This document shows, in pieces, positions 47,279 to 57,371 of a DNA stretch of 64,000 nt (position 1 is its first letter; every line of letters begins with the position of its first letter). The stretch is from Alloascoidea hylecoeti. Taxonomy: Eukaryota. The notes below the pieces were generated by a model. That model worked only from the letters and a program-made list of their open reading frames with translations, searched no databases and was not told the origin of the DNA. The position numbers and the translations under genes were made by a program. The DNA lies in the NCBI GenBank assembly GCA_001600815.1, contig BCKZ01000006.1, positions 372,001 through 436,000 of the forward strand, read 5' to 3'.

Positions 47279-48316
47279 ATGGATATCGTTATTTTGGGTG
47301 GAGGTGTAATCGGATGCACCATTGCAAGAACATTTTTACAATTGGGCTATAAAGTAACCATTATAGCTAAACATTTACCTGGAGATGAAGACATTTGGTA
47401 TGCTTCAAACTGGGCCGGTGCTATGTTCCACGGATCGGGTGAAAACGAAAGAGAAAGATACATGCAGACAGTTTCTTATCGAAGGTTCATGGATGATGCT
47501 TTGAAGAATCCAAAATCTGGTGTATGCATCGTGACAATGAGAGAACATTTTGAAAAAGATCCAAATAAAGGAGATAATAATACTATGTGGTTTTCAAATC
47601 TTGTTGGTAAATTTAAAAGTTTAAAAAAAGGAAATTTTAATACAGATTCTAATGATTTTGAATATACCTGTGAATATGAAAACTTGGTTATTGATCCTAC
47701 TATTTATTTGCCGTTCATTAAAAAAGAAATTGATAAATTAGGTGGTAAGTTTATCAGGAAAGAAATCACCTCTGTTGAAGGTTTATTTTCCAATTTTCCG
47801 ACTTGTGAAATATTTATCAATGCTACGGGACTAGGATCCATGTTTATCGAAGGTATAATGGATGATAAATGTTATCCAGATAGAGGACAAACAGTGAAAG
47901 TTAGAACTAAAACGGATACTATATTTTATAGAAATGGAAAAGAGTATACCTACCTCATACCAAGACCATTGCAAGGCATACTTATATGTGGCGGGGTTAA
48001 TCAACCAGGTAATACTTCTCCAGAGCCTGATATGGAAATAGTTAAAGATGAATTGAAGAGAGCTCATAAACTCGCTCCTCATGTTATATCTGACAATCCC
48101 GATATTGCCGGATATGTTGTGGGAATTCGACCCGGCCGAAAAGATGGATTCCGATTGGAGAGAGAAAACTTTGGTGACAAAAAGATGATTCATGCTTATG
48201 GATTTGGGGGAGAAGGTTATATTTATTCATGGGGTGCTTCTTACGAAGTTTTAAAGATTGTAGAGAAAATAGAAAAAGAAAAGGTTCTCAAGTTTGCAAC
48301 CAAATCTAAGTTTTAA
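47279..48316 (+). CDS. D-amino-acid / D-aspartate oxidase (FAD), probably peroxisomal, 345 aa
   Basis: GGGVIG Rossmann motif, YASNWAGA, INATGLGS, RGQTV, VGIRPGR and HAYGFGGEGY..SWG; C-terminal PTS1-like SKF. Confidence 0.9.
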   Translation: MDIVILGGGVIGCTIARTFLQLGYKVTIIAKHLPGDEDIWYASNWAGAMFHGSGENERERYMQTVSYRRFMDDALKNPKSGVCIVTMREHFEKDPNKGDNNTMWFSNLVGKFKSLKKGNFNTDSNDFEYTCEYENLVIDPTIYLPFIKKEIDKLGGKFIRKEITSVEGLFSNFPTCEIFINATGLGSMFIEGIMDDKCYPDRGQTVKVRTKTDTIFYRNGKEYTYLIPRPLQGILICGGVNQPGNTSPEPDMEIVKDELKRAHKLAPHVISDNPDIAGYVVGIRPGRKDGFRLERENFGDKKMIHAYGFGGEGYIYSWGASYEVLKIVEKIEKEKVLKFATKSKF

Positions 48317-48809
48317 AATGACATCGACTAAAACTTAAAGTGACTAAGTTATGCTCATATAAATAATATTGTCTCATGTTGAAGCATTAAGAAGCAAGGC
48401 AGGAGGCGATATTCTCCAATATTTGCTTTTAGTCCATTCCATATCCATATTTAAATTCCAGAAGACTGAATATTAATTCTTCATATATCATATTTTATGT
48501 AGTTGTTGTTGAAATGTCGCTTTAAGTTGTAGAAACCTGCAGGATCCTTTATCTCTGGGATTATGAGCAAACTTGCAATTCAATTGCCCATATGTTGGAA
48601 TTGACATAACCATAGCTGTCTCCAATTGGTCGCCTCTATAAGATTGTCAATTTACTGTAGATCACCAAAGCTTGTTATGTTGTATTCTTAATATGTTTGT
48701 CAATTACGATATTTCCTTACCCGGTCACATTATCTTGGGCATATTATCTAAGTTTAAATTTTATGTCTATAAACTTTCTCCTCCTAATCTAATCGCTCAT
48801 CGACTGAAA

Positions 48810-51080
48810 ATGAAATTGTTATTTCTACTGACAGTGTTGGTGACTATAGTTTATGCCTCACCAGTCCATATAAATAAAGACGATGACAACAACAATTCGG
48901 CTACTTATGCTCCCAAGGAATCTTTTGTCTTAAATTTGATTTTGTCTTGTTGTTTGGTATTGCTGGGTGGGCTATTCGCTGGTCTAACTCTAGGGCTTAT
49001 GGGGCAAGATGAGGTTTACCTAAAAGTACTATCCCAGTCTGGAACGCCTGAAGAACGAAAATCTTCCTCTAAGGTCTTAGGTCTGCTGTCAAAGGGAAAA
49101 CATTGGGTTCTAGTTACTTTGCTATTGGGGAATGTGATAACCAACGAAACTTTACCTATCGTGCTTGATGGATGTCTTGGCGGAGGAATAGTGGCTATTA
49201 TAACCTCGACCGTCTTGATTGTGATATTTGGTGAGATTATTCCCCAGAGTGTTTGCGTCCGATACGGTCTGAAAATTGGAGCCATCCTTGCTCCTTTTGT
49301 AACGGTTGTGATGTACCTAATGTATCCTGTTGCATATCCAACGGCCTTGTTCTTAGATTGGGCGTTAGGCGAACAACATGGAACCATGTACAAAAAAGCA
49401 GGTTTGAAAACTTTAGTCACTTTACATCAGTCAAATCAACTAAACGCGTGTGAACGATTAAATAACGATGAAGTTACTATCATTTCAGCTGTTCTAGATT
49501 TGAAGGAAAAAAAAGTTAGGGAAGTAATGACTCCAGTGGATGATGTTTTTACAATGTCAAGTGATGAAATTTTAGATGAAAAAACAGTTGATGAAATATT
49601 TAATGCTGGTTTTAGTAGAATCCCAATCCATTTACCAGATGAACCAACAAATTTTGTTGGTATGCTACTCGTTAGAGTACTAATTAGATATGATCCTGAT
49701 GATTGTTTGCCTGTTTCATCATTTCCTTTAGCCACTTTACCGGAAACGAACCCCGAAACTTCTTGTTTAAATATTCTAAATTATTTCCAGGAAGGTAAAT
49801 CTCATATGGTAGTGGTTTCAAGTACCCCTGGTGAACCAGTAGGGGCGTTGGGTGTCCTAACATTAGAAGACGTTATTGAAGAATTAATCGGTGAAGAAAT
49901 TATTGATGAAAGTGATGTTTATATTGATGTTCATAAAGCTATTAAAAGAAAAATCCCCGGACCATTATCAGTTAAAAAACATATAAATCAATATTTACAT
50001 GCTGTTGGTGAAAGTCCAAGACATTCGACTGCTGTTGATAGACATATGGATGATTTTTCTGTTACTGGTAACGTTATTCCTTCTAATTTGGCATCTAATC
50101 CAATTCAAACAAATAACTCATTTGTTAAGATTAAAAAAAGTCCTCATATAGCGTTGAACTCATCTCCACGACTTTCTGTACAAAATAGAAATCTAAAAAA
50201 TGATGACTCTGTTCCTGATAATTATGATGATGTTCCTTTGCTACGGGATTTTGAAAATGAACAAAAAAATACTTCTATTAATGCAGAGAACCCTGCTTTA
50301 GATTCTAATAATATTTTAAAGGAAAGCCCTTCATTAGAACACCCTGCTACGATTACACCACAAAATGAAATTTATGAGGAAAATTCAAACTATCATACGA
50401 TACCAAATATAACGAGACTTATAACAGAGCTATCATCAACACAAATGATATATAACGATATAAATAATGATGATAATGATGATAACGATTATGATCAAAG
50501 TATTGGTAAAACTCTTGTTACTACAAATTCCAGATCTAACAGCATGTCCCGTTCTGAATCAAGAAGAAATTCTCGTTCTTATTCTCGTTATAATAACAAA
50601 AATGTTGAAAACGAAGTTTCAGAAGAATCCGGTGACGATGAAAATGGTGATGATGATTCAAATTACGTATCATCGGGCGGGATTATTGAATCGGTTGTAA
50701 ATGTTAAAGGATATAATAAAATCATTATTGAAAATGCTATATCAGATACATCATCAGTATCTTCATATGATTCTAGTGAAGCAGATGATTATACAAGCTC
50801 AATTACAAATAACTCGGAGGATGAGAGAGAGAATGATGGAGAAGCGAAATTTATTTTTCCTTTGAAACCAAAAATTCGGAAAGGAAGTCGTGATCATGGG
50901 CATCGAAGAAGAAAGCATGGATTAAGAAGTTCATTCAAAACATCCACATCTCATGTGGCCTCACGTTCTAATTCATATGACAGTAGAAGAGGATCCGGGA
51001 CAATTTTAAATGGTGTTAGAAATTTTTTAAGAGGGAATAAAGAGGACAATGAAGAGATTGAGTTTACTAGACTAGCATAA
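48810..51080 (+). CDS. MAM3: Mam3 / CNNM family (DUF21 plus CBS pair) metal transport protein, 756 aa
   Basis: Signal peptide from ATG 48810; LLGGLFAGLTLGLMGQD, HWVLVTLLLGNVITNETLP, FGEIIPQS, GFSRIP and TLEDVIEELIGEEIIDESD. Confidence 0.92.
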   Translation: MKLLFLLTVLVTIVYASPVHINKDDDNNNSATYAPKESFVLNLILSCCLVLLGGLFAGLTLGLMGQDEVYLKVLSQSGTPEERKSSSKVLGLLSKGKHWVLVTLLLGNVITNETLPIVLDGCLGGGIVAIITSTVLIVIFGEIIPQSVCVRYGLKIGAILAPFVTVVMYLMYPVAYPTALFLDWALGEQHGTMYKKAGLKTLVTLHQSNQLNACERLNNDEVTIISAVLDLKEKKVREVMTPVDDVFTMSSDEILDEKTVDEIFNAGFSRIPIHLPDEPTNFVGMLLVRVLIRYDPDDCLPVSSFPLATLPETNPETSCLNILNYFQEGKSHMVVVSSTPGEPVGALGVLTLEDVIEELIGEEIIDESDVYIDVHKAIKRKIPGPLSVKKHINQYLHAVGESPRHSTAVDRHMDDFSVTGNVIPSNLASNPIQTNNSFVKIKKSPHIALNSSPRLSVQNRNLKNDDSVPDNYDDVPLLRDFENEQKNTSINAENPALDSNNILKESPSLEHPATITPQNEIYEENSNYHTIPNITRLITELSSTQMIYNDINNDDNDDNDYDQSIGKTLVTTNSRSNSMSRSESRRNSRSYSRYNNKNVENEVSEESGDDENGDDDSNYVSSGGIIESVVNVKGYNKIIIENAISDTSSVSSYDSSEADDYTSSITNNSEDERENDGEAKFIFPLKPKIRKGSRDHGHRRRKHGLRSSFKTSTSHVASRSNSYDSRRGSGTILNGVRNFLRGNKEDNEEIEFTRLA

Positions 51081-52343
51081 TATTCATTGCCATCAATTAA
51101 TGAAAACTTTGTTCATGAAGTTTTGTATAAGGCTACGTTTTATATCATTTTATGTTAAATAAGTGTATATTACTGATTTTCCTTTTTCGTTTATATTTTA
51201 TGCTCTGAAGCTTGCAGCACAAGTGAGAGATTGAAATTGGAGGCTTGAGTTAATAGTGTAATAATAAATTAACTTAATAAAAATATTTTCTGTTAATAAA
51301 TATTGATTGTGCGAGAAACTCATATGCGAAAACCTAAGGGGGAAATTACATCTAAATCCTAACCTTGATGCACTTTCTTTTAAATTTTTACAAACTTTTA
51401 TGCAATGAATAAATACAAATAGATATATTTGCATTTGAAATTGTTGGAGATCATAATTAAGAAGAAAGAAAGAAAGAAAGAGAATCTTGGACAACAAAAA
51501 CAAACTATCTGCAGCTGGTGCTATAGGGTAAGCCTCGTAAGAAGGATCGGTGACACACCATCGGTTAGCACGCTAGTTATATAATGAAAAATATCCTATA
51601 CAAACAAAAATTAAGAATATAACGTTAGTGAAAATAAAACACATTTTCACATAGTTAAGAAGTCAAAAACTGAAACTTTGATTGGACTGTCTAGTTACCC
51701 AATGAAGTATTTATGCACTGATGCGTGAATAATTACCCCATATTATGATGAAGGAAAAGGTCCATATTTAAGCAGCCATCCTAGCTTCAACACAAACCAA
51801 TAAAAATAAAATAAAAATGACATAAATTTTACTTTTAATTTATCTATCAACTTTGGTCATTAGCAAGTCATTTGATCTCATTGGTGAAAAATTCCAAGGA
51901 TTTCAAAAGAGTCTGTGGGAGAGTACTCATATGCATACAAGAATAATCTCGCATATGCATAAAAGCCAACCTAAACAAGAATTAATAGTAAAGTTGATGA
52001 TTTTAATTAATAACTAGCTATTACTATAGCTATAGAGTATAACGGAAATATCCCATGTACACCAAATAAAAAGATAAGTATACCAGCAGTATATTAAATT
52101 AAGTTTAAAATGACTAACCAATGTCAAGCTACTATCATACTAACTAGTTATGGTATACATGCATGCCAGAAATTTATATAAAGAAACGAGAAATTTGAAG
52201 GAATCTTGATTTAGAAGAAAATAAAGAAATTATAATGTTGCATCTAAATATGTATGTATATGAGAGAACTTATATAATTGGGTATAAACAATTATTCAAG
52301 AAATGATTGATGCAATTATAAAAAAAGAAAGTTAAATATAAAT

Positions 52344-54050
52344 TCACAAAAAGCAAAGGAGAAGAGCCATGACCCCAGTAATAGGTACTACCATTTTCCC
52401 TGCACTTCCGGAAGATGAAGTGTGAGTAACAGTTGTTTTGGAAGATTTTGTAGAAGTAACCGCTCTTCTCTTGATAACAGGAGAAGTATGTTCACTAGTA
52501 AAATAAGTTCCATTGCTATAACTAGAATGAAAGTAGCTACTGCTTGATGCTCCAGTAGAGAAAGAACCTGAAGATATATAAGTATAAGTGTATGTATGTT
52601 TGCTTGTCCAAGTAGAGATTGCCCCAATAGAACATGGACAATCAGTAACAGTGATAGTGCCTGGCTTAGTTACAATAATGGTCTTTGTACCTTGGGTTAT
52701 TGTGGTAGGTTCAGGACAATAAGTTGTATATTCAGATACCTCAGTTGTATAAGTAGTGTAATAAGTCTCGGGTACAGTAACTGTGTAGTATGGGATGGTG
52801 TTATTCGCAGTAACGGTCACATAATAAGTAGATGTATGATAAACAGAAGTCTCAATTGTGCACCGCTCCTCTGGACATTCAGTTACAGTTACGGTTCCGG
52901 GCCTAGTTACAATGATTGTTTTAGTACCATGAGTGATAGTTGTTGGTGCTGGACAATAGGTTGTATATGCTGGAACAACTGTAGTATAAGTAGTATAGTA
53001 CGTTCCTGGAACAGTGATTGTATGATATGGGGCCGTAACATGAGCTGTAGTAGTAGTAGAAACACCAACAGTAGTATAATAAGTGGAGACATAATAAGAC
53101 GAAGTCTCGATTGTACATTCATGCCCAGGACATTCAGTTATTGTGACAGTACCAGGTGCAGTTACAGTGATAGTTTTAGTCCCATGTGCAATAGTCGTAG
53201 GTGATGGACAGTAAGTTGTGTATGATTTAACGACTGTAGTGTAAGAAGTATAGTAAGTGCTTGGAACAGTTAGAGTGATTGGCTTTGTATAAGTAGTAGT
53301 AGTAGTAGGCTTAACTGTAGAATAATAAGTAGTCGTGTAATAGGAAGAAGTCTCAATTGTGCATTGTTCTTCTGGGCATTCAGTAACGGTCACAGTTCCA
53401 GGCTTGGTTACGATAATTGTTTTGGTACCATGGGAAATCGTTGTTGGTACCGGACAATAAGTTGTGTAAACTGGAACCACTGTAGTGTAGGTAGTATAGT
53501 AAGTACTTGGAACAGTTAGAGTGGTTGGCTTTGTATAAGTAGTAGTGATAGTAGGCTTAACAGTAGTATAATAAGTGGATACATCGTATGAAGAAGTCTC
53601 AACTGTACATTCATGCCCAGGACATTCAGTTATTGTGACAGTACCAGGTGCAGTTACAGTAATTGTTTTAGTATAATGTTGGAAAGTTGTTGGCTTAGGA
53701 CAATATGTAGTGTAAGTTGCTGGAATAACCGTAGTATAAGTAACAGGAAAGGTGCTATAATAAGTGTAAGTTTTAGTTGCAGTAGACGTTACTGTCTTAT
53801 CAGTTGTAAATACTTTTGTTGTCTCAATAGTACATGGGCAATCTGTGATAGTAACCGTTCCTGGCTCAGTTATGGTATATGTTTTCGTACCTTGAGTAAT
53901 CTCAGTTGGCTTGGGACAGTATGTAGTATATTCAGTTACTGTAGTCTCAAAAGTCGATGTATAAGTATAAGTAGATCCAGAACTAGAAGTGTTATAATAT
54001 TTTGCAAATGCAGACCCTGTAAGAAGAGCGAGAGAGAGTAGAAACTTCAT
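52344..54050 (-). CDS. GPI-anchored Thr-rich cell-wall protein with six Sed1/Ccw12-type YTTYCP repeats, 568 aa
   Basis: Signal peptide MKFLLSLALLTGSAFA; six YTTYCP.PT.....TKT..VT.PGT.T.T(E/D)CP units; hydrophobic C-terminal GPI signal. Confidence 0.9.
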   Translation of the reverse strand: MKFLLSLALLTGSAFAKYYNTSSSGSTYTYTSTFETTVTEYTTYCPKPTEITQGTKTYTITEPGTVTITDCPCTIETTKVFTTDKTVTSTATKTYTYYSTFPVTYTTVIPATYTTYCPKPTTFQHYTKTITVTAPGTVTITECPGHECTVETSSYDVSTYYTTVKPTITTTYTKPTTLTVPSTYYTTYTTVVPVYTTYCPVPTTISHGTKTIIVTKPGTVTVTECPEEQCTIETSSYYTTTYYSTVKPTTTTTYTKPITLTVPSTYYTSYTTVVKSYTTYCPSPTTIAHGTKTITVTAPGTVTITECPGHECTIETSSYYVSTYYTTVGVSTTTTAHVTAPYHTITVPGTYYTTYTTVVPAYTTYCPAPTTITHGTKTIIVTRPGTVTVTECPEERCTIETSVYHTSTYYVTVTANNTIPYYTVTVPETYYTTYTTEVSEYTTYCPEPTTITQGTKTIIVTKPGTITVTDCPCSIGAISTWTSKHTYTYTYISSGSFSTGASSSSYFHSSYSNGTYFTSEHTSPVIKRRAVTSTKSSKTTVTHTSSSGSAGKMVVPITGVMALLLCFL

Positions 54051-55169
54051 CGTATATATATATTCTGAAGTTATCTAGCTTTAAATTTGCTTAGAAGGGA
54101 TAGTAGGATTAATTGAGCGGACATTCACTTCTTATATAGATTTGTTAAAACATTATTATTCAATTAATTTATAATATCAATTATAACTATAATTCAACAT
54201 TTTATCAATTATAATTACTTTTACTTTAATCATTATGACTAGGAAAAATTGATTAATTACAATTAATTCTAAAAATGGAACAGAATGGACTGAGCAGTGA
54301 GCACTGAGTACTGATCAGTAGTTCTTAGTAATCGAGGCTGTCCAACCTTCTAAAGGCTCGAGCTTAACTTCAGCATGATTATGGATCATAATTATCAATT
54401 AAACGCAAAAGGTTATGTTAACGACAAAACTTATACAATAGACATAGCATATAAGTTATAGCCCTTTTAATCAGGCCGTTGTTAAAGCTTTACATACACT
54501 CAATATTAATAATCTAATTTTCCCTCGAAACGTACTGAAATAAGGAAATATTAAAGCTTCAGTAATTAAATACAATCTCTGGAAGATCTCAAAATAACAG
54601 AAAGTAATAATAGATAAAGGGATTCTCGGATAGACTGTTGTAATGAACTCACAAAACCTTGTGATCTATAGTATATAATACTATATAAGCATATAAAGAT
54701 CTTATAATATATGATTATATATTGTATTTAAATTGTTCTGGGTGAGTCTAAACTTTAAACTATCAATAGATATAAATTGACCCAATGATAGGCAATGTCA
54801 ATTCCAAGATCAACTTAATTGATTAATATTATAACAACAATATTAATTATAAATCTATGAATCATGTTAAAATATAGTTATGCAATGTCCATAGGTAATA
54901 GGTATACGCATACGATGTGCACAGCCGGTGAAGAGTAAATTTACGCTTTTCTTTTTCGGGTCACCACTTTAATCAACAATGGAATATTATTGCCAGCGGG
55001 TGCTCTATAATGCCTTACACTGTTCTTAAAATAGTGCATAATGTTCCGTATATTCCAGAATATAAAATGACTTCTTAAGTTTAGTATTTAGTGTTAGCGC
55101 TCTTTACATCATACGGCCACAACTCTACGATGCATGGAGTACTAGGATCCCCAACCACTCTAGCTATAC

Positions 55170-55495
55170 CGAAGATCTCCTTTCCTAAGTTCTGCTTATA
55201 CAACAAGACTCGCAAACCCAGATTTCCTTATATTATAAATATTTTGAGGTTCAAAGGCCCGACTGTCGCCAAGCATATACTTCTCGGGATTTGGAATTTG
55301 TACGTCGACCGAACACTCGTCATTGAATGCAACACCATCCCAAACGTATTGATACCACTCCAATCTATCTTTAGACCATATAGTTCTATTTCTTTGGTTC
55401 TTCTCATCCAGAAAAGGCCTTTTACATCTGAAAATGTTCTATATCCATATTTTTTAGAAAGGTTCTCATGATGGTCTTTGTGGTGGTGCCCGAAA
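55170..55495 (-). pseudogene. Tc1-family transposase relic (second HTH to first catalytic Asp)
   Basis: Minus-strand frame 55429-55196 reads RCKRPFLDEKNQRNRTIWSKDRLEWYQYVWDGVAFNDECSV...AFEPQNI...RKSGFASLVV*, matching Tc1 KKP.L...N...RL.WA..H..W....W..V.FSDE...K.GG.SVMVW. Frameshifted and stopped. Confidence 0.8.
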
Positions 55496-56701
55496 AAAAC
55501 CGAAAGTTTGATCTTGATCTAGTGTAACTTACGATGATCTTAACAATTGTAACTAATAATAATTGACAAATCATACCAGAGTTTTTTAGTAATCTCCAAG
55601 GATGTAGTGGACAGAAAGATTCTATGGGTTAGTATGGGCTATTGTACCGCTGACGTGTAAAATCCGTTCTTAATCTATAGTTAATTATTTCATGATCAAT
55701 CAAAACTAGTACTAGCTGTATATTATAAACCTTTAATTAATTGATGCTTAAATAATTTGTAAACGGCTTTAACTAATATTTAATAAGTTGAATGTTGGTG
55801 TATTGGGGAGAATATATTTACTCATTTTTAAATATTTGTTAACAATACCGTGAAATTGCCAGAATGAAAATTCCAGCAGAGCAGATTTTGATAGTTCACT
55901 ATTATACCGGGTATCCTTATTTGCACTTCACGCCTAATATACTACCTAGTTACCGTTAATCAATAAATAGACCCCGTTTAAATAGTACGGGTATCAGCTT
56001 GGTTTTCCTTTTTTCATTTTGACAGTTATCATTTTGGCAACTTCACGGAGATACGTTTTTAAATTTAGTATCACCACCTCAACCCATAAGTAAGGTAATG
56101 AGTGTAAACGAGACTACTATTTATTACGTAGACTAAATTAAGTTGAGCGAGATAGGAGATAGATTTTCCTCTAGTTAGATCATATTAATATTTTCATTTT
56201 CATTGAAATTTATAATAATAATTGTATGGCCACATGGTCTAGTTTTATATAATAAAATTGATCAACAAATTAATTCAAACATTAATATTTTAAAATTGCT
56301 GATAAGTAATTTCTACTCGACGCGTAGCGCTAATAGCGCTAGCTACAATCTATCAATTATAATTGATTCAATTGAGTAAGAAGATTAATAGAGAATTGGT
56401 AGCATATATTATTCCAATTAATATCAATGGATTTACAATTTAATACATTTAAGCTTGCTTTTTGTGGAAACTACCAATTGCACTAAATTTGTGGGTTTAA
56501 GTTGCATATCCGTTACGATATTGCATGCTAACTTAGTATACGTAGATTAAGAATTTACAGGATAAGATGAAGATTTATGTCAAATACTTAACTCATTGTT
56601 ACATATATTATAATTACTGTAAAATGGATCAAATGCTACCCGGCCATTGGGGCTACAATACATAAATTTGAATTCACAACAAATACAAGCTTGATTATAA
56701 A

Positions 56702-57334
56702 ATGGTGCTTCACAATAACAAATGGGATCGAAAAGCTACAAGAAACTATCGCCAAAAGCATGGGATAGCCAATCCCCATAGGGAAGTCGCAGATACACCA
56801 ATAGAGGTGCCTGATCAAGTAACAGTAGAAGACTTAGGGTTAGATAACGGATCAGTACCTGTGGAGCTGGACGAGGATGATCATGATGGGGTTGATCTGG
56901 CCAAGTTGAGTTTAAACGCCAAAGGTATAAAAGAGGAGGAGTTTCGAGGCAAGATAGCCGGTGGTAAACTGGCACGGAAGAAGGAGAGAGAACAGAAACA
57001 ACAGGAACGATTAGACAACCTGGTGGTGGAGGAAGAGTCCGGTGGTGGGAAGGAAAACGAGGATCACGTGACCCCGGTGTACAAAGTTCCAAGAGATGCG
57101 GAAAAAGAACAGGCGCGGGTGCGGACCCGGCAGCAGCTGGCGAAATACGGCACGCGTGCGGGTGGCGATGTGGGGCGGGGGCCGGAGGACATTGACTCGT
57201 TTCTGGCATCGGTGGACTTGGGTGGTGCACGTGCAGCCCCCAAACGCGAACGCAGACACAGGCAGGCTGGGCAGGCTGGGCGTCCTCAAAATGCTGTTTC
57301 GGGACAAAAGTGGCTGGATGAACTGTTGCAGTAG
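56702..57334 (+). CDS. Hypothetical charged protein, 210 aa
   Basis: ATG in a good context (AAAATGG); coherent composition with basic N-terminus (HNNKWDRKATRNY), acidic centre, DIDSFL and terminal WLDELLQ. Family not recognised. Confidence 0.7.
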   Translation: MVLHNNKWDRKATRNYRQKHGIANPHREVADTPIEVPDQVTVEDLGLDNGSVPVELDEDDHDGVDLAKLSLNAKGIKEEEFRGKIAGGKLARKKEREQKQQERLDNLVVEEESGGGKENEDHVTPVYKVPRDAEKEQARVRTRQQLAKYGTRAGGDVGRGPEDIDSFLASVDLGGARAAPKRERRHRQAGQAGRPQNAVSGQKWLDELLQ

Positions 57335-57371
57335 CAACTCATCCGGGTAACAGCACCTGCACATATGAAAA

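Noticed and set aside
52388..54041. Antisense and alternate-frame ORFs over the wall protein (including 202 and 142 aa)
   Set aside because: By-products of Thr-codon repeats.
55091..55471. 126-aa plus-strand ORF
   Set aside because: GTG start, no coherent protein features; antisense shadow of the Tc1 relic.
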